Origin: Paraphysomonas bandaiensis
Lineage: Eukaryota; Protista; Chrysophyceae
Direction of reading: 5' to 3'
NCBI GenBank assembly: GCA_965644295.1
Contig: CBFFRP010000378.1
Span: 124,001 to 188,000, forward strand
DNA length: 64,000 nucleotides
Below are positions 45,101 through 57,484 of this stretch, piece by piece (positions within the stretch are counted from its first letter, which is position 1; the number at the start of each line of letters is the position of its first letter). Under the pieces are notes generated by a model. That model did no database searches, was not told the origin of the DNA, and was given only the letters and a program-made list of their open reading frames with translations. The position numbers and the translations under genes were made by a program.

Positions 45101-47660
45101 TGCTTTTTACAAGCATACTGTCGTACTCGATCCATCTTTCGTGGCGGACCACAATGTTTTGGTTGTTCCCAGGCATCCCTATCTACCTCTAATTCAAAAG
45201 GTGGAACATCCATTGGCATATCCGACACTGTGGTTTTAAATCTATCCTTATAGATTTCATGGATTTCTCTCACCCTCCTTTGTAAAGATTCGGGACCAGA
45301 GATTTTAGTTGGTAACGTAGTACCTTCTACTTTTTCCTGAGTATTTGTAACTATTTCTTCTGGGATTGACTCTAGATAGTTATCTCTAATCTCGCCTATA
45401 TCTTCCTTTTCATATGCACTTATACGCATGGATGATATTGGAGGTGAATACATAGTACTAACCAAGCTATTATTACTTGTAAGTAAATTATTATTATAAC
45501 TAAGGTGTTCCTTAGCTTGGCGCCTTAATGTTTCCATGTTATTATAACATGTGGCTCTCTCACTAATATGTTCCGAGAGAAGCTGAGTCTTCTCAGCATG
45601 GCCCGCGGCCGTAGCTAGCATTTTCCCTGCTAACTCTCTTTCCATAAAGTGAGATGGAAAATGATCAACTAATCTATATTTCTTGATAGTTTCTCTACCA
45701 ATTATGATATCAAAGGTGCTATCTATAATCAAACATTGCAACTCAATATCAAGAGTATTGTTATACTCATCAGTTAATCTTATAGTTATTATCATATATT
45801 GCTTGCTACTACAACAAGCATTATCAAGCGCACTACAAATTTTAATGTTACACTCGTGCAATGGAATATTATACCTAGCAACTAACATATCAGCAAGTTC
45901 TTGGTTAATGAAATTATTCCCAGTAGCCCCCGTGTCCAATAAGGCTTTAGCCCTTAGATTTTCCTTTACCTGTTGTACATTGACATCAGCTTTAGGACAT
46001 ACAAAGACATCGAGCATATCATTATTCATGCCAATAGCATTTATATATAAACACTTAGGGCATGATAACTTACTTGTTTTCGATCTCGGAGGACCATCAG
46101 GATTCTCCACATAAGGGCAGGTACTCCAACCCATAGCCGCATATTTTTTGCCCTGTGTGGAATCTTTCCATGGCTTCTTTTCATGGTTAGCCCATGCACA
46201 GGTTTTGCGGGTGCAGTCACCTTTATGAAGATTACCGCATATCCAACATGCTTCCTTAGTATCAGTTGTTGCTTTAGTACTTGAGGATGAGCTGGAGGAT
46301 GTTGTTTTTGTAGTCTTAGACTTGTTAGACTTAGACGTTTCTTTGGAATCCAATTTAGTTTCCATCCTCTTTACTTTTCTCACAGCTTGACTATAGTCAT
46401 TGTTAAGCTCTCGCACCTTTCTACAGAATGCTCCGAAATCTTTTGGTGCAGATTGACCTTGGCCTATATCCGCTATAAATTTCTCTTTGGCATCCTTTCT
46501 GAAGGAATGTCCGCCCACAAGTTTGATGTTTTTCTTGAGGGTTTTGACTATGGTATCCGAGGCGACCTCTGTGAGACTTGCCTCCGGAATGAGCTTATAA
46601 AGCTCATTCAGACGTCCATATTCTTTTAAGAATACTTTAGGAACATGAATATCCACCTTAACTTTTGGTCCAATGATATTATCTATGAACCTAGGAAGAG
46701 GCTCCAATGTATCAGAGTATCGCTCCTCTTCCTCTAGAAAGGCTTGCTTTAACCACTGAATCAATTCCTCAGTAGTTACAATGTTAGGATCTAGCCAGTC
46801 CTCGTCAGACTCATCTCCAAAATCCTGCTGTCGCTGAAACTGAAGCATATCACGCACTGTTGGTGCCATGATTTCTGACCTTATGAATTTTGTCCCTTTA
46901 GGATCTCTTTTCGAGAGATTTTCACAAAATTCGATGATATCCTCATCTTGCACACTACCTAAGTAGGGAATAGAGTCGGTATTGATTACTTCATGTGGAG
47001 TGGATTCCGTTGCAATGACTTCATTCAAGTCAATGCGCTCACTCCTGTTGGGGTGCGGATCTCCACTCCTTTGCTTCTTTCTCTTTGGTTGAGAAGAAGA
47101 GAGCTCACGAAATGATACTCCACTCAATTCTCCTTCCGCCTCTACTGATGTTTCAGTTTGAGGAGAAGATTGCATTTGAGATGATGTTGTTGCATCTCTT
47201 GCTCGTTTTCGAGAGGATTCTCTCTCTCTTTTCGTCTTTTTAGACGAAGAACCCGAAGCAGCTAACAATTCCTCTATTTGAGGAGCTGCTTTTATTTTGC
47301 TTCTCTTACTTTCCCCCATAATATTGTTATATCACAGAGATTGAGTACTACTTATTAAGTAATATTACTGTGGGCTTGCATACATATGTGTATGTGTGCA
47401 AAGCAATACCCAAGTACAGAAGTACAAAATAATGATTATTATCGTATAATGAATCATGAATAATACTGTCTACAATATCAACGGCTAATAATACTGTCTA
47501 CAATATCAACGGCTATTGCTAATCCCAACAACAATCACATTCCCTACAGTTTGTATTCCTAACTACATGGTACACGTATACAATACAGTACTGTACTACT
47601 AATCATATAATACAGGACATGTACACGTATATATTCTATATGTAAGTGGATAGTCCTACA
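42127..47660 (-). mobile_element. Full-length Gypsy/Ty3 chromovirus-like LTR retrotransposon
   Basis: Two 292-bp TG...CA LTRs (42127-42418, 47369-47660) that look identical by eye. 4-bp TSD CTAT. PPT AAGGGGAGGTAG on the minus strand at 42419-42430. Intact single ORF. Confidence 0.97.
42484..47319 (-). CDS. Gag-Pol polyprotein (Zn knuckle, protease, RT, RNase H, integrase, chromodomain)
   Basis: CWICGNLH, LLDTGA, RFCVDY, YLDD, TDASDYGIGA, VADAFSR, integrase HHCC and D..D..E (HSDLG, VERAN), KGP, and chromodomain FLVHWIGYEKPTWEP. Confidence 0.97.
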   Translation of the reverse strand: MGESKRSKIKAAPQIEELLAASGSSSKKTKRERESSRKRARDATTSSQMQSSPQTETSVEAEGELSGVSFRELSSSQPKRKKQRSGDPHPNRSERIDLNEVIATESTPHEVINTDSIPYLGSVQDEDIIEFCENLSKRDPKGTKFIRSEIMAPTVRDMLQFQRQQDFGDESDEDWLDPNIVTTEELIQWLKQAFLEEEERYSDTLEPLPRFIDNIIGPKVKVDIHVPKVFLKEYGRLNELYKLIPEASLTEVASDTIVKTLKKNIKLVGGHSFRKDAKEKFIADIGQGQSAPKDFGAFCRKVRELNNDYSQAVRKVKRMETKLDSKETSKSNKSKTTKTTSSSSSSSTKATTDTKEACWICGNLHKGDCTRKTCAWANHEKKPWKDSTQGKKYAAMGWSTCPYVENPDGPPRSKTSKLSCPKCLYINAIGMNNDMLDVFVCPKADVNVQQVKENLRAKALLDTGATGNNFINQELADMLVARYNIPLHECNIKICSALDNACCSSKQYMIITIRLTDEYNNTLDIELQCLIIDSTFDIIIGRETIKKYRLVDHFPSHFMERELAGKMLATAAGHAEKTQLLSEHISERATCYNNMETLRRQAKEHLSYNNNLLTSNNSLVSTMYSPPISSMRISAYEKEDIGEIRDNYLESIPEEIVTNTQEKVEGTTLPTKISGPESLQRRVREIHEIYKDRFKTTVSDMPMDVPPFELEVDRDAWEQPKHCGPPRKMDRVRQYACKKQIDTFVEHGIIQPSTAPYYSQVLLVPKPNDKWRFCVDYKGLNKHTQRERWPIPNIKEMLERIGSKKPKYFIILDLVSGYYQAKISEYSRKWTAFITFWGVFEWLRLPMGLSGAPSYFQRELTTIVLAGLIMFICELYLDDLIIYASTEDELIENYVKVLERFRKYNVYINPEKVKIGESEVQYVGHTLNEEGLHFTRERLDSVLNFPKPETMKGLKSFLGLANYFRDHVHNHSLVVRPLNKMLLNYHRRKRLQWTEDANEAFEKIKLMIHECPTLFFIDDESPIYLLTDASDYGIGAYLYQVVDGVERPIGFLSKTFDERMMNWDTPQKEGYAIYYALDKWDYLLRYRYFTIKTDHKNITQLRTDYAKDKKVQRWLKCFQAYDYDLCDIKGSDNVVADAFSRLCALESKMETKCASLIPDIKVPNKEWEIIKRFHNNVTGHHGIGRTIQKLRDNGHKWSKQGAHVTKFIKTCPCCQKMSRIKPIINAHPFTVSTYGPMQRIAVDFIQSLHPDEDGYTNILVIIDSFSRWVELIPTKNLTAMAAAKGLLQHLGRYGAPIEIHSDLGPAFVDDLTKSLIEMVGSNQSFSMAYSKEENAIVERANKEILRHLRNIIFDKNVLNNWSMYLPLVQRIMNSSKHRSTGVTPASILFGNAVDLDKSLFIEHNEYLDGNEQKLSHWIDRIQKVQSTIMDIARRNLRKHDEIHMATAPNIQTKEFPINSYVLVEHRQNALRPGPASKLLPYLKGPMRVVNVIGDKYTLQDIVTKRNKDYHIKKLREFNYDPSTIDPLQVACKDGGNFYAIDHISKIKGRAKGPKSQIKFLVHWIGYEKPTWEPWANVRKTYALQNFLTQHPDENVRNLLPRNVVYSSDEED

Positions 47661-50139
47661 CTATAAAATTTGGAACCACCAAAACTGATCAAGCAGGGAC
47701 TATGACAAGTGATATAAAGCGTATTTATGCAAACCCTTTTGCTCCAGAAATTTGTCCTCTATTAGATCTGGCAGTATATGTTTTCTGTATCCATCGAACC
47801 AGTGTCGAAGATGCTAAATATTTATTTGCTGGAAACGATCAAAATAAGAGATATTACAGTCTTCTCGTCGATGCAGTGAGAAATGGAATCGATAAATCAT
47901 TGGATCTTGGTTGCGCAAGGGAAGATATAGGAACTCATAGCAATCGGAAGTTTGCCGAATCAACTTCAGTATCCAAACTTGATGGACCTAGTAGAACTCA
48001 AGTTTGCTTGAGGGCTGGTCAAGGAGTAGGCAGAACTCAGGACTGTTATATGTTTTCGGAAGCCGATGGCGATGCTTTCGTAGGTCGTACGACTTCGCAG
48101 TTGAATTTAACAGCTGATGAGTTTGATGTTTTATGTCCTCATTTTGGCCAATCTACACTCATGGAGTTGGAAAGATATGGTTGGAACAAAATATTGCCTT
48201 CCTATGATTATTATCCCCAATGCTTTCAAAGAGTGATCAGATTTCTGTTTGCACTTATTGTATTTCATCACCACCGAGGTGCGTTAGTAGATTTGTACGA
48301 CCCCGAGCATCCAATATTTCGACAACCAATTTTCACAGATTGTACTTTACTTAACTCACTACAAGACAAGGTAATACTATGCTATGCATACTGTAGAGAC
48401 ACAAACATGAGTGCGGAGGGAGTACCCGGTATTATTCTTATATCCAGAGAAATTCGAAACTTCAGAAGTTTGTATGAAGAGAACAGACAATCCTGCATTA
48501 CACGCATAGGGGCACTTGAAGATGCAATGAATGATAAGTTTGAGAAATTGCCTCAGCAACTCATAGATTGCACTGTGGAACAATTAAAAATTGATGGTGT
48601 AGTAGAGGTCACAAAGCGTGATATCCTAGATATGATTTCGAAGGCGTTTTGTGATACAACGGGACCTATCGCAGACATGAGGACTACTATACAGAACATG
48701 TCTTCAAAGCAGGATGAGTTCTTTGATCGATTGCGAACTGGAGATGTAACTATTACTGATAGCCAAACAGAAAGAAGAAATGCCTCTTCCTTACTTCGGC
48801 CGGATTTTGTTCCAGGAAGAATTGTTTTTCCATCATATGACGTAAAAACTATGTGGGATCTGTGGTGGTTTGGTGACCCTAGTAGAAATATAGGGCCACT
48901 GAAAAAGGTAAGGCCTGTAGATCATTGTTCTAGGAAGACCTGCGGCGCTAATTGCAGTAGAACGAACAGAGTGGTAACCTTACTTGTAACTATTGCTAAA
49001 ACAGATGGGTTAATATCGGGGGAAAATGAAATCACAAGGAATAATAGCCAATCTGTTTTCGACCATGCGTATCCTAAACTACTATCGAGAGCTTATACTA
49101 AACAACCAAACAGGCCTAATGACATCAATATAAACACCCTAGCAAATAGACTGAAAGGGTATCGATTGTAGTCATGATAAGTAAAAATCTATCAATACTT
49201 TTAAAGTATCTAACAGTATAATAATATGTCATATATATATGAAGTAGCAGTGTGTATAACATGCAAACGTTAACACGCACAAAATTAATTAAGTGAATAT
49301 AAAAGACAATGTTATCACGTATGGCATCATTAACAGATCCTCCAGACAGCATAATATCATAATCTACTAAAGCAGTGATAGACCAACGTTACGATATACA
49401 TTCACGTCCATTGAACAACAAACAGGACATTCCTACCAGTACCGACAACGAGGTTTACGCGCGATATGTGCTCATGTCCTGGAGTCGTGCCTTACAAGGT
49501 ACCAGACAGCCGGTCTGTTATTGAGCGGTCTGTTGTTGCACCTATACTTCATAAGAAGAGCACCACGAATGCCACCATATTCATACAATGAGACGCCTCT
49601 TCATTGATAGTCATATATAATCATAATGTCATACAGTCATGTAGGCATATACGCATATACGCATATAGGCAGGTCTGTTGCAGAGAGAGCTCAAGTGTAA
49701 CCTATATGTGCAGTCTCATCTACCCACAGCATACAATCTCAATAAGCCGCATTTCTTCTATAGATAAGACAGCAGAGGCGTGCAACTCAGTGCTAGTTAT
49801 TGTATGATAAGCATATGAAGATGCGTGTATGTTACATGTGACTATGATACATGAGTGCAGGCGTGGTTTACGATTGTGTATACAGCAGTATACCATGTAT
49901 ACTATCGTGTATATATCTAACCTGTATACAACGTAATACGTACCTATATACAATTTTCACATATTTTCATACTTTTGATCATTTAGAAAAATCTGCATAA
50001 ATTCATGAGTTTATGCAGCCTATTTTATGCAGATTTATGTGTTTGTGCAATTTAGGTAGTCACCCCACACTGTTGTACGTAGAACATGTACAAGTGGGGG
50101 GTGCCTCATTCCGAGAGCGTACCCTCTAGTGAAGTGTTA

Positions 50140-52115
50140 GGGTCACCCACCCCATACAAGGCCAAAACTCGAGAAATGTAAAACTCGACTTTTGCCAAAC
50201 TCGAGATTTACTCGGCAACCTCGAAAAGAAAATGAGATTACCGACTTTTTTATCGACTTTGGCCAAAGTCGATATTCATCTACATTCGACCGAATGATGC
50301 ATGTATTTTAGACGACTTTAGTTTAGGAACAAGTTTACTGTTGCGTGCGAGAGTGCCTTTGTCGCACGAGTCATTCTAATTTATACTTTACCTCCTCGAT
50401 GCTTCTTTATCAGTTATCATACAAGGCGTCGATGTGGACACAGCCACGTGGGGATCGGATTGAACTGGGAATTCACATGCTCCGATTTATGGCATCGGAA
50501 GGGCCAAGCACTTGTTTATCTGGACGCTCTATAGAGTGAGATCACTGCATCTGTACATTCCACTTCATAACGGCTTTTTGTGGATACTTCTACGAGGGAA
50601 GTTTGTCACAGAGGGACCAATGTGTCAATATTTCTTATTCGCTTCAGTCAGGGACAGGATCTCTTTGACGATTAATTTCTTGACCAAGGGGCTAGGCAAT
50701 CCTTTCAGGCAATTGTGCACTATGAGTCAATGTCCAATAATATACATGTCAATGTATAATATATTTAAGCATTTCTAATTTAGCATCAATAAAATCTTGG
50801 AATTTTTCGTTTCCTTGTATTATCTCAGTTTTGCTTAACTAGTTCTGACTCTTACATCTTACACGCCTATTGCTAATAACAGACATTCACTGCTGTATTA
50901 TCTCATCTGTTGCATTTTGGAAACTTTCGGGACAAGTTATTTCATCTCCTTTTATTCACTTATTAGTGTACTTGCTTAAAATATCTATTCATGCATCTAA
51001 TAAACCATCAGACACAATATTGTCAATTAAATCTCTATCAGTCATCGGTCATAATATAAGTCTAAGTCATTTTGGTACACTTTATCCATGATGCAGATCA
51101 CTAAAATACGTGACGTCAGAGGCAGCGAAATAGCAGTTGCGTCATGACGAAAGCAGCGAGATTATCGGGATCTATTATTGAACCTAGTCAAATTGGTGTA
51201 ATTTCCTAGTCACACCAAAACTGGCGTAAAAACCTAGTCATTTAATAATTCATATTTTCTGTTTATTCATATTTAATAATAATGACTAGGTTTTATGTTA
51301 TTCACCTAGTCAAAAATAAAAATTTTCATTCAAACATGGGAGCATACTCTAGCCATCAATTGATAAATGTAGATATTGTATACATGCAATCATAACATTA
51401 TCACTCATAGGGACCCATCGCTATATACTTACATGCTACAGATAGGCTAGATAGACATACACGTACATCTGTGTTATGTAGATATGTATATATGAGATTA
51501 TTGTTATGTTTGAGTGTTTGTTTTGATGCTCTGTAAGCCACTAATATATTGTGTGGTGTGAGCTGGTAGACAGTCACAGTGTGTGATCAATGGATATAAG
51601 AACGACTAGGTTGAATACCAAAGTTGACTAGGTTGAGTCATTTATTACTTTGACTAGGTTATTCCACCAAAAATAGCGTGACTAGGTAATTCAACCAATT
51701 TGACTAGGTTGAATAATATTTCCTCGAGATTACCTGCCTTCTTCTTGGCTAAGGTGGTCTCACATACCTCGGGTAGCTCCTTCTTTTCCTTCAAAATTTT
51801 CAGCATTTTTATTCGCTTGCGTGCAAGTTTCAGACCCTTTGTTCCGAATAGATCGCAGATCTCATTCTCACCCATTCAAACTCTTTAAGTGCATCGATAT
51901 CAGTGGTCATTCTTGTAGCTTACTATGATTATATATAAGCAATATGACTGATCAGTTTGCAGTATTTCTTGTATGGTGAGAAATAAAAGTCGAGTTTCTC
52001 AAAAGTCGAGTTTTGCAATTCTCGAGAAATTTGCTTCTATGGAGAGAACATTGGCACTCGAGTTTTGCAGTCGAGTTTTGCATTACTCGAGTTTTGGCCT
52101 TGTATGGGGTGGCCC
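50140..52115. mobile_element. PIF/Harbinger-like non-autonomous TIR element
   Basis: TIR GGG.CACCCCATACAAGGCCAAAACTCGAG at both ends, TTA TSD (50137-50139, 52116-52118) and subterminal CTCGAG/TCGAC repeats. The empty site is visible in the left repeat (GTGTTAGTG). Confidence 0.88.
51167..51724. mobile_element. MULE-like MITE nested in the Harbinger-like element
   Basis: ~75-bp imperfect TIRs built from ACCTAGTCA/TGACTAGGT motifs. Flanks are CGAGATTATC and CGAGATTACC, a 9-10 bp TSD with one mismatch. Confidence 0.75.
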
Positions 52116-53066
52116 TTAGTGTTGACTAAGCTAAGTGACCTATAGATTATTAATATAAACCTCAACGTATTCTCTTTGTGGCGGCACCAAGAAAACTCTA
52201 GCTAGATCTACACTATACTTGCATAGCCTATATGAGATTACGAGAAACCCCGCGCATTCTAGGGGAGGGAGGGGGGGCGGCCAATGTCACACTAGACCTA
52301 TGCTGAGTCATGCATGGTCACGAGAATCCCCGCGTAATCTTTGTTAGGTCATGATGGGAAGGTACACATGGTCCTACTAGAATCTACGCGAATTACATAT
52401 ATAAAAGTCATGCATAGTTATGAGAAATCCCGCGTAATCTCAGCAAAGGTTAACACAGGTGGGGGGGGCAACAGAATCTGCTCGTTATCTATGTGGTCAG
52501 CTAAGTTGGCACACGGGTAGATGGGTAGTAGAATCAGTGCTATATCTCGGTGTTATAGGTGGGGCACCATCCAGCCTACACTATGGCCACGCCCTCGGAA
52601 TGGTGCAGTTATCATATTTTGTAAATTACTGTTCAGTAAATATAGAATATTATGCAGTTGCTTGAGCGACTATGGGGTTTATTTTACATAAATAGCCCAA
52701 GAAAGAAATGAACAAATCGGATTGTATAATGTATAATTTATAATTCATCTATTCTGCCCTTATAATAAGAAATACAACGCTAGCTCAACATTATCTAAGG
52801 GGTCCTGTATTCTTACTGATATAAATTACATTAACGTGTAGAATAGCATAATTGTTAGTTGCTTGTGAGTTTCCACTGAATGTGGTGATTATGGAGACAG
52901 CAGTGGTGCCAGCACTTGACAATTTTACTAAAGTGTAAGCAAAACAGAATGCCGATTTATGATATTTAGTCAGATTGCGGCAGGTACCCACAAAACCATT
53001 TCTTCCATAACTACATTCGCAACACGCCCACTTAACCCGCTCTTACAGTCTCAATGCAGACACTAT

Positions 53067-53845
53067 CTACGCATCACCAGCAGTCTCAAGGGCCATATTC
53101 AACTCCGTAACTCTAGCAGCAATGGAAAGGTCCAACACTTTATCACCGATCACAATCTGGAGGCCGCCGATAATATTGTTATCCTCCTTGAAGGTCAGGT
53201 CAACCTTCTTGCCCTTGCCGATCATGGCCATAACGGCGTTCTCAACTTCCTTGGCCTGCTGTTTCTTGAGGGGCTCTGCGCTGATAACGGTAGCAGTAAC
53301 ATTGCCGCGTGCTGTGTCTCTCAACTCGATGAAGGCGTTAGCGACCTGGAATATGTCATATATGCCAGTAGAAAATGCGCACTTATTTACCTTGGCGGCA
53401 TCAGCAATTCTGCCGTTAGCGGACATGGTCACGAACAAGTTAGTAGTGATACTGGAAATCTTCTTATCACCAAGAACTTCTCCGACCTATAAATATATTT
53501 AGTATATTTTTGAACAACAATAAATTATTTTTACCATAGCAGCCTTTTCACCACGAGGGACAGTGGGGTTAGCGAGATACGCCGCAAAGTTTGGACTCTT
53601 ATCCAAAGTGGCAGTAAAAGCCAAAAGCTCATTCTCGACTTTATCCAACACACCCGCCTGATTTATTTTATTAATATAATATGTATTTTTATATTAATAT
53701 AAGTATATACCTTGCTGGCTGCAGTGTATACAGCACCTGCATAGCGACCGGTTGTGCCATGCAGTTTCTTGGGTGGAGCATGTGCAGCATCTGTGCAAAA
53801 TGCTCTTACACTGGAACCAATTCTAGCAACACCTCCACGAAACAT
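53067..53845 (-). CDS. ATP5PO: Mitochondrial ATP synthase subunit OSCP, 3 exons
   Basis: Presequence, GRYAGAVYTAASK, YLANPTVPR, ATVISAEPL, IIGGLQIVIGDKVLDLSI. Confidence 0.93.
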
Positions 53846-54216
53846 TTTTATAAATATATTTCAAGTGTAATGTATGGATAATTGGTGTCTATATATGGAA
53901 TAAACACACCCCTTGCAAACTATTGATTGCTACTGTATAACACTATCACACCACATTGTCTTTTTTGCTCCCTTTCATAGAAATATATCACCCAAACTGA
54001 AAATAATTATATCTTAAACCGACACATCGTTCATGAAATAAACTGAAAAATAGAAGATCTTTAATCGACATTTTTCAGTTTTTTGAATTTGGGCAGTTTA
54101 TGAGTCGAGAACAAGAAGGCAAGATCAATAGTTAAGGTTGAGCTATGTGGATGCATCAAGAAATAGCATTTCTATAGATTTACTGTGCATTTAATAAGGA
54201 TTTCTCAACATATAAA

Positions 54217-55216
54217 ATGGCGTCATCTATTGGATTCATTGGACTTGGTATTATGGGTAAAGGAATGGCAAGAAACCTCTTGAATAAGCTGGACTGTCAG
54301 CTATTTGTTTGGAACAGGACCCGAGAAGTTGCCAGCGACTTTGCGGCGGAGTTTTCTGGTAGAGTGACAACAATGTCATCCTGCAAAGAGGTTGTTGAGA
54401 AGTGTGATATTACTTACTGCATGCTCTCTACTCCAGAAGCTTCTGTGGCTGTGGTGAGTTCGTGTAGTCTTTATATGTATTCATTCATATTTAACATTGT
54501 TTGGTAGTTCGATGGTCCAGATGGAGTGCTTGCTGGAGTAAAACAGGGAAAAACTATTATTGATTGTGCAACTCTTACTCCTGAGCGGATGATAGAAGAG
54601 GAGCAACAGGTTATTTCTCGTGGTGGAAGGTTCCTTGAAGCTCCTGTTTCAGGAAGCAAGGGTCCAGCTGAGACAGGAACACTGATATTTTTATGTGCTG
54701 GAGGTGCTGACGTTTACGAAGAAGTAAAACCTGCATTAGATGCAATGGGAAAGGCGAACTTTTATTTCGGTGCAGTTGGACAGGGTACCCGCATCAAGCT
54801 GATTGTGAACATGGTCATGGGCACAACTATGGCAGCTGTGTCGGAAGGATTAGCTCTTTCTCAAAGTTTGGATCTCCCCTCCGATAAGCTTCTGGAGGTA
54901 CTTGATCTTGGTGCAGTGGCATGCCCTATGTTTAAGCTGAAGGGGCCTAAGATGCTCTCGAGCTCATACGATCCCCACTTCCCCCTCAAACACGCCCAAA
55001 AGGACATGAAGTGAGTGTGATAGCGTTATTGCTGTGTTTGTCTTACGATTATTGAATGCATACAGGTTTGCACTTCAGTTGGGTGAGAAAAATGGACTCG
55101 ACTTGCCTACAACGGCTGCGGCCAACAAGGAGTACGTGGACATCATGACCGAACATGGTGACTCGGACTTTTCAGCTGTACATGAACAGAGCAAGAAACG
55201 AAGGCGATCGAGTTAA
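54217..55216 (+). CDS. 3-hydroxyisobutyrate dehydrogenase-family glyoxylate/succinic semialdehyde reductase (GLYR-like), 3 exons
   Basis: IGFIGLGIMG, VWNRT, FLEAPVSGSKGPAE.G.L, K.IVNM, FPLKHAQKDM. Confidence 0.9.
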
Positions 55217-55860
55217 TTGATTTTTCAACATAGTTGAGTCGAATATTTATTAACATTATGGCACTTGCGTATAACCTTCGACATGTTTAGGTCATAGCAA
55301 GTAGAATAGCCAATACGCAATATTCCTTCTCAGTAATAATTAGGGAGCCAGTGTTGCTTTATGCTAAATTTGTCATTTGTATCGTTTACAGTTTTCACTA
55401 CGTAGTAGCTCTGCCCTCATACTGACGAGTTTCATTACATAGTAACAATTTTCATCAATTTATTCCTCAATGTACGTACTACCAGGACCCAACAATACTA
55501 TTGCAATATACAATATAGTAAATAAAAAACGTAGATTCCATTTATAGACCATACCCTTTATAGAACTAGTCATAAAGCCCACTACGCTGGCAAGCCACGG
55601 TACAACTAAGTACTAAGTATATAGAGTGTATTACATGACAGAAACGGTTTGATGAAATTGAAATTGTGCTGAACTAAATCTCTGATGCATGTAACCACGT
55701 AGTAGTATGATATATGATACATGGTAACGTAACTACACAGCGAGTGTATTCGACAATTTGGAAAATAACTATTGATAACTTCTCATTGTTAGATAAAAAG
55801 ATTAACCAACCACTACAGTAGCTTCAACTCACAGCCGCATCCAACTACATTACTGCATAT

Positions 55861-57440
<1,580 letters not shown>

Positions 57441-57484
57441 TTTATATTATCTATGCTATGGATTGAAGCGGTAATATGTTTTAA

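Larger units (their letters stand above)
41338..49171 (+). pseudogene. Crypton-type tyrosine recombinase with C-terminal GCR1_C-like domain, split by a Gypsy insertion (41338-42126 + 47661-49171)
   Basis: GRSDN...W.ND | F.TTKTDQAG...RIYANPFAPEICPLLDLAVY...GTHSNRK...RAGQGVGRTQDCY supplies the YR R-K-HxxR-Y set. FPSYDVKTMWDLWWFGD..NIGPL is GCR1_C-like. Confidence 0.85.
39651..52607. mobile_element. LTR-like direct-repeat-bounded composite element with no RT or integrase of its own
   Basis: Direct repeats at 39651-40149 and 50102-52607 (the second carries an insertion). Each starts TG, ends CA and has a ~19-bp terminal inverted repeat. GTTAT lies on both outer flanks (39646-39650, 52608-52612). 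A purine/G tract AAGTGGGGGG abuts the right repeat. Confidence 0.8.
50102..52607. repeat. Right LTR-like repeat, interrupted by a 1976-bp TIR element
   Basis: 50102-50139 plus 52119-52607 align with 39651-40149, with scattered substitutions and a ~24-bp indel. Confidence 0.85.

Noticed and set aside
41326-49171. DIRS/Ngaro-like YR retrotransposon (YR and RT adjacent)
   Set aside because: The RT belongs to a separate Gypsy element with its own LTRs, TSD and DDE integrase, inserted antisense into the YR gene.
50345-51091. Short ORFs inside the Harbinger-like element as a transposase
   Set aside because: No recognisable DDE or Myb motifs and frequent stops; at most decayed coding sequence.
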